From: Candidatus Micrarchaeota archaeon
Lineage (GTDB): Archaea; Micrarchaeota; Micrarchaeia; Micrarchaeales; CABMGC01
NCBI GenBank assembly: GCA_023270015.1
Contig: JAGDXZ010000053.1
Span: 1 to 37,076, forward strand
Length of the DNA: 37,076 bases
Reading direction: 5' to 3'
Below the pieces are notes generated by a model. That model did not search any database, had not been told where the DNA came from, and saw only the letters and a program-made list of their open reading frames with translations. The translations under genes were made by a program, and so were the position numbers. The first letter of the stretch is position 1. The number at the start of each line of letters is the position of its first letter. This document shows positions 35,578 to 37,076 of this stretch, piece by piece.

Positions 35578-36080
35578 TACAACTCATCCAGTTGATAACT
35601 TATCAGCTCATCGCAAGAAGGACCTATAACAAATCTTGCCCTGAATTTTTTCCTAGAAAGTACAAGCGGCAAGATAAGTGCTTCACACTTGCTTATGTGC
35701 TTATTTGCTTCCTCTTTTCTTACCCATTCTGCATTAGCATTGCCACTTCCTGAAAAATCGGTGCTTGAAAGCACAAACACCCTCCTTTGCACGTTGTTGG
35801 CATCTTTTGGCATAAACAGCACTTCGCCATCTAGCTGCAATGCATTAACTACAATACCCGCCTTTTCATAAATCAGCCTTGCAGCTGCCTGTTGTGGGCT
35901 TTCCCCGCTCTTTATCTCGCCTCCTATTGGCATTAGGCCTTTATCAGATTTGTAAAAGAGAAGACCCTGCGTATTGAATACGTAGCATTGAACCTCGTTT
36001 TTTATCAAGGCTCTTTCTCCTCTAAGCACCAACTTGGCTTCTTTATTCGCCTTCTGCTTAGGTTTTTCAACAACCGACAT
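35577..36080 (-). CDS. Nudix-fold protein with degenerate Nudix box
   Basis: GGEIKSGESPQQAAARLIYEKAGI compared with the consensus Gx5Ex7REUxEExGU. Confidence 0.78.
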   Translation of the reverse strand: MSVVEKPKQKANKEAKLVLRGERALIKNEVQCYVFNTQGLLFYKSDKGLMPIGGEIKSGESPQQAAARLIYEKAGIVVNALQLDGEVLFMPKDANNVQRRVFVLSSTDFSGSGNANAEWVRKEEANKHISKCEALILPLVLSRKKFRARFVIGPSCDELISYQLDEL

Positions 36081-36081
36081 A

Positions 36082-37076
36082 TCAATCCTTCACAATAAAG
36101 TCTTCAAGCTTGTCCTTAAGCCTTTCCTTCTCCTTATTGTGCTTTTCCATGAATGCAAGCACCTTTTTGAGCAGGTCTTCTTTGTGCTCTTTTGCGAGTA
36201 TTGTACCGTTTCTCTCAGCTGCAAAGATTTCCTCGAGCCTTTTGTCATCGGGCTCGAAGAGGAACTTATTGTACTGGCATACGGCGCATATGTCTGGATT
36301 GCCACCGTATTTTCTTTGCAGCTCCGCGGTGGGCTGCTGGCCGGTAAAGGCGTTCATTATCTTTTTCTCTACCACTTCAGGCGGGTCTGATAAATAGATG
36401 GTCTCTTCAGGCTTGCTGGCAGACATTTTCATCCCGCCGCTTAGGCTTGGCATAAACTTCAAATGCATTATTGCAGGCTTGTAGTAACCGAGCTTTGGAA
36501 GCACATCACGCGAAAGCCTGAAGTGCACATCCTGGTCTACGCCTAGAGGAATAAGGCAAGGCACGTTCCTGCCTTCTTCTACAGATTTCAGCACTGCTGG
36601 CGCGGCCTGCATGCTTGTGTAGAATATGCTTCCTACGTTGTTGTTGTTCGTAAAACCAAATGCGTCTTTTATCATTGAGAAAGTGATGTGCTTTGCAACG
36701 CGCACTGCTATCGGGTAAAGCTTGCCCGCGTATTCTGTATCTAGAAATATCTTTGTCTTCTTCGGCTTAAATCCCAGTGCAACAATATCAAGTGCATCTT
36801 CGTATGCCAGCCTATGAGTTTCTTCAAAGGTCACGTTCCTGATGAGCGCTTTCTCCTCGTCAGGTATCTGAATGTAAACATCAACATCAAACTTCTCCTG
36901 AAGCCACTGGGATAGCATAAAAGGAAGAAGCTGTGCTATGGTCATGTGGCCAGAAGGGGCTATGCCTGTGTAGACGTAAAACTTGTTCCCCTTTTCATAC
37001 TCATCCAAAAGCCAGTTCAGGTCTCTGTGCGCAAACACAATCTGTCTTCTTATCAGGAAGTGAAGATCCCCGGCAA
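36082..37076 (-). CDS. trpS: Tryptophanyl-tRNA synthetase, archaeal/eukaryotic type (5' partial)
   Basis: FAHRD, YTGIAPSG, QIPDEEK, CLIPLGVDQDVHFR, KMSAS and AFTG...GGNPD. The frame stays open to the window edge (...AGDLHFLIRRQIVFAHRD). Confidence 0.92.
   Translation of the reverse strand, partial: AGDLHFLIRRQIVFAHRDLNWLLDEYEKGNKFYVYTGIAPSGHMTIAQLLPFMLSQWLQEKFDVDVYIQIPDEEKALIRNVTFEETHRLAYEDALDIVALGFKPKKTKIFLDTEYAGKLYPIAVRVAKHITFSMIKDAFGFTNNNNVGSIFYTSMQAAPAVLKSVEEGRNVPCLIPLGVDQDVHFRLSRDVLPKLGYYKPAIMHLKFMPSLSGGMKMSASKPEETIYLSDPPEVVEKKIMNAFTGQQPTAELQRKYGGNPDICAVCQYNKFLFEPDDKRLEEIFAAERNGTILAKEHKEDLLKKVLAFMEKHNKEKERLKDKLEDFIVKD

Overview
Archaeal chromosomal window, most likely from a DPANN archaeon such as Micrarchaeota. 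This is an inference from the gene set (PolB, Alba, single-OB SSB, split Kae1/Bud32, isopentenyl phosphate kinase, DGGGP-synthase-like UbiA), TATA-type promoters, GGTGA ribosome-binding sites and an AQSAMEYLxTYxWAI class III signal peptide. Positions 1-11.6 kb form a cell-surface locus. It begins with a large minus-strand pilin-signal adhesin-like gene (<1-1807) that the ORF track misses because it runs off the window. Divergent from it is an AT-richer cluster with three GT-C membrane glycosyltransferases, a beta-helix surface protein, a PQQ-type beta-propeller, a small membrane-anchored protein that probably starts at ATA, and a UbiA prenyltransferase. The rest is largely housekeeping: secreted Lon-like protease, EndoQ, Nth, adenosine-specific kinase-like protein, CBS protein, Alba, beta-CASP RNase, SSB, HAD hydrolase, tRNA-Arg(TCG), PolB, IPK, NitT/TauT-type ABC transporter, LrpA, peroxiredoxin, proline dehydrogenase, pdaD, DUF429 protein, KEOPS genes and TrpRS. 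The most notable items are (i) the adhesin/glycosylation locus around a centred bidirectional TATA box, (ii) a GHKL ATPase fused to an HExxH metallopeptidase-like domain, (iii) a structured, uORF-containing leader before pdaD, and (iv) a TrpRS with a degenerate HIGH motif in an operon with a degenerate Nudix protein and KEOPS. No CRISPR array, integrase or transposase was seen. All calls are from motif recognition; no searches were run.
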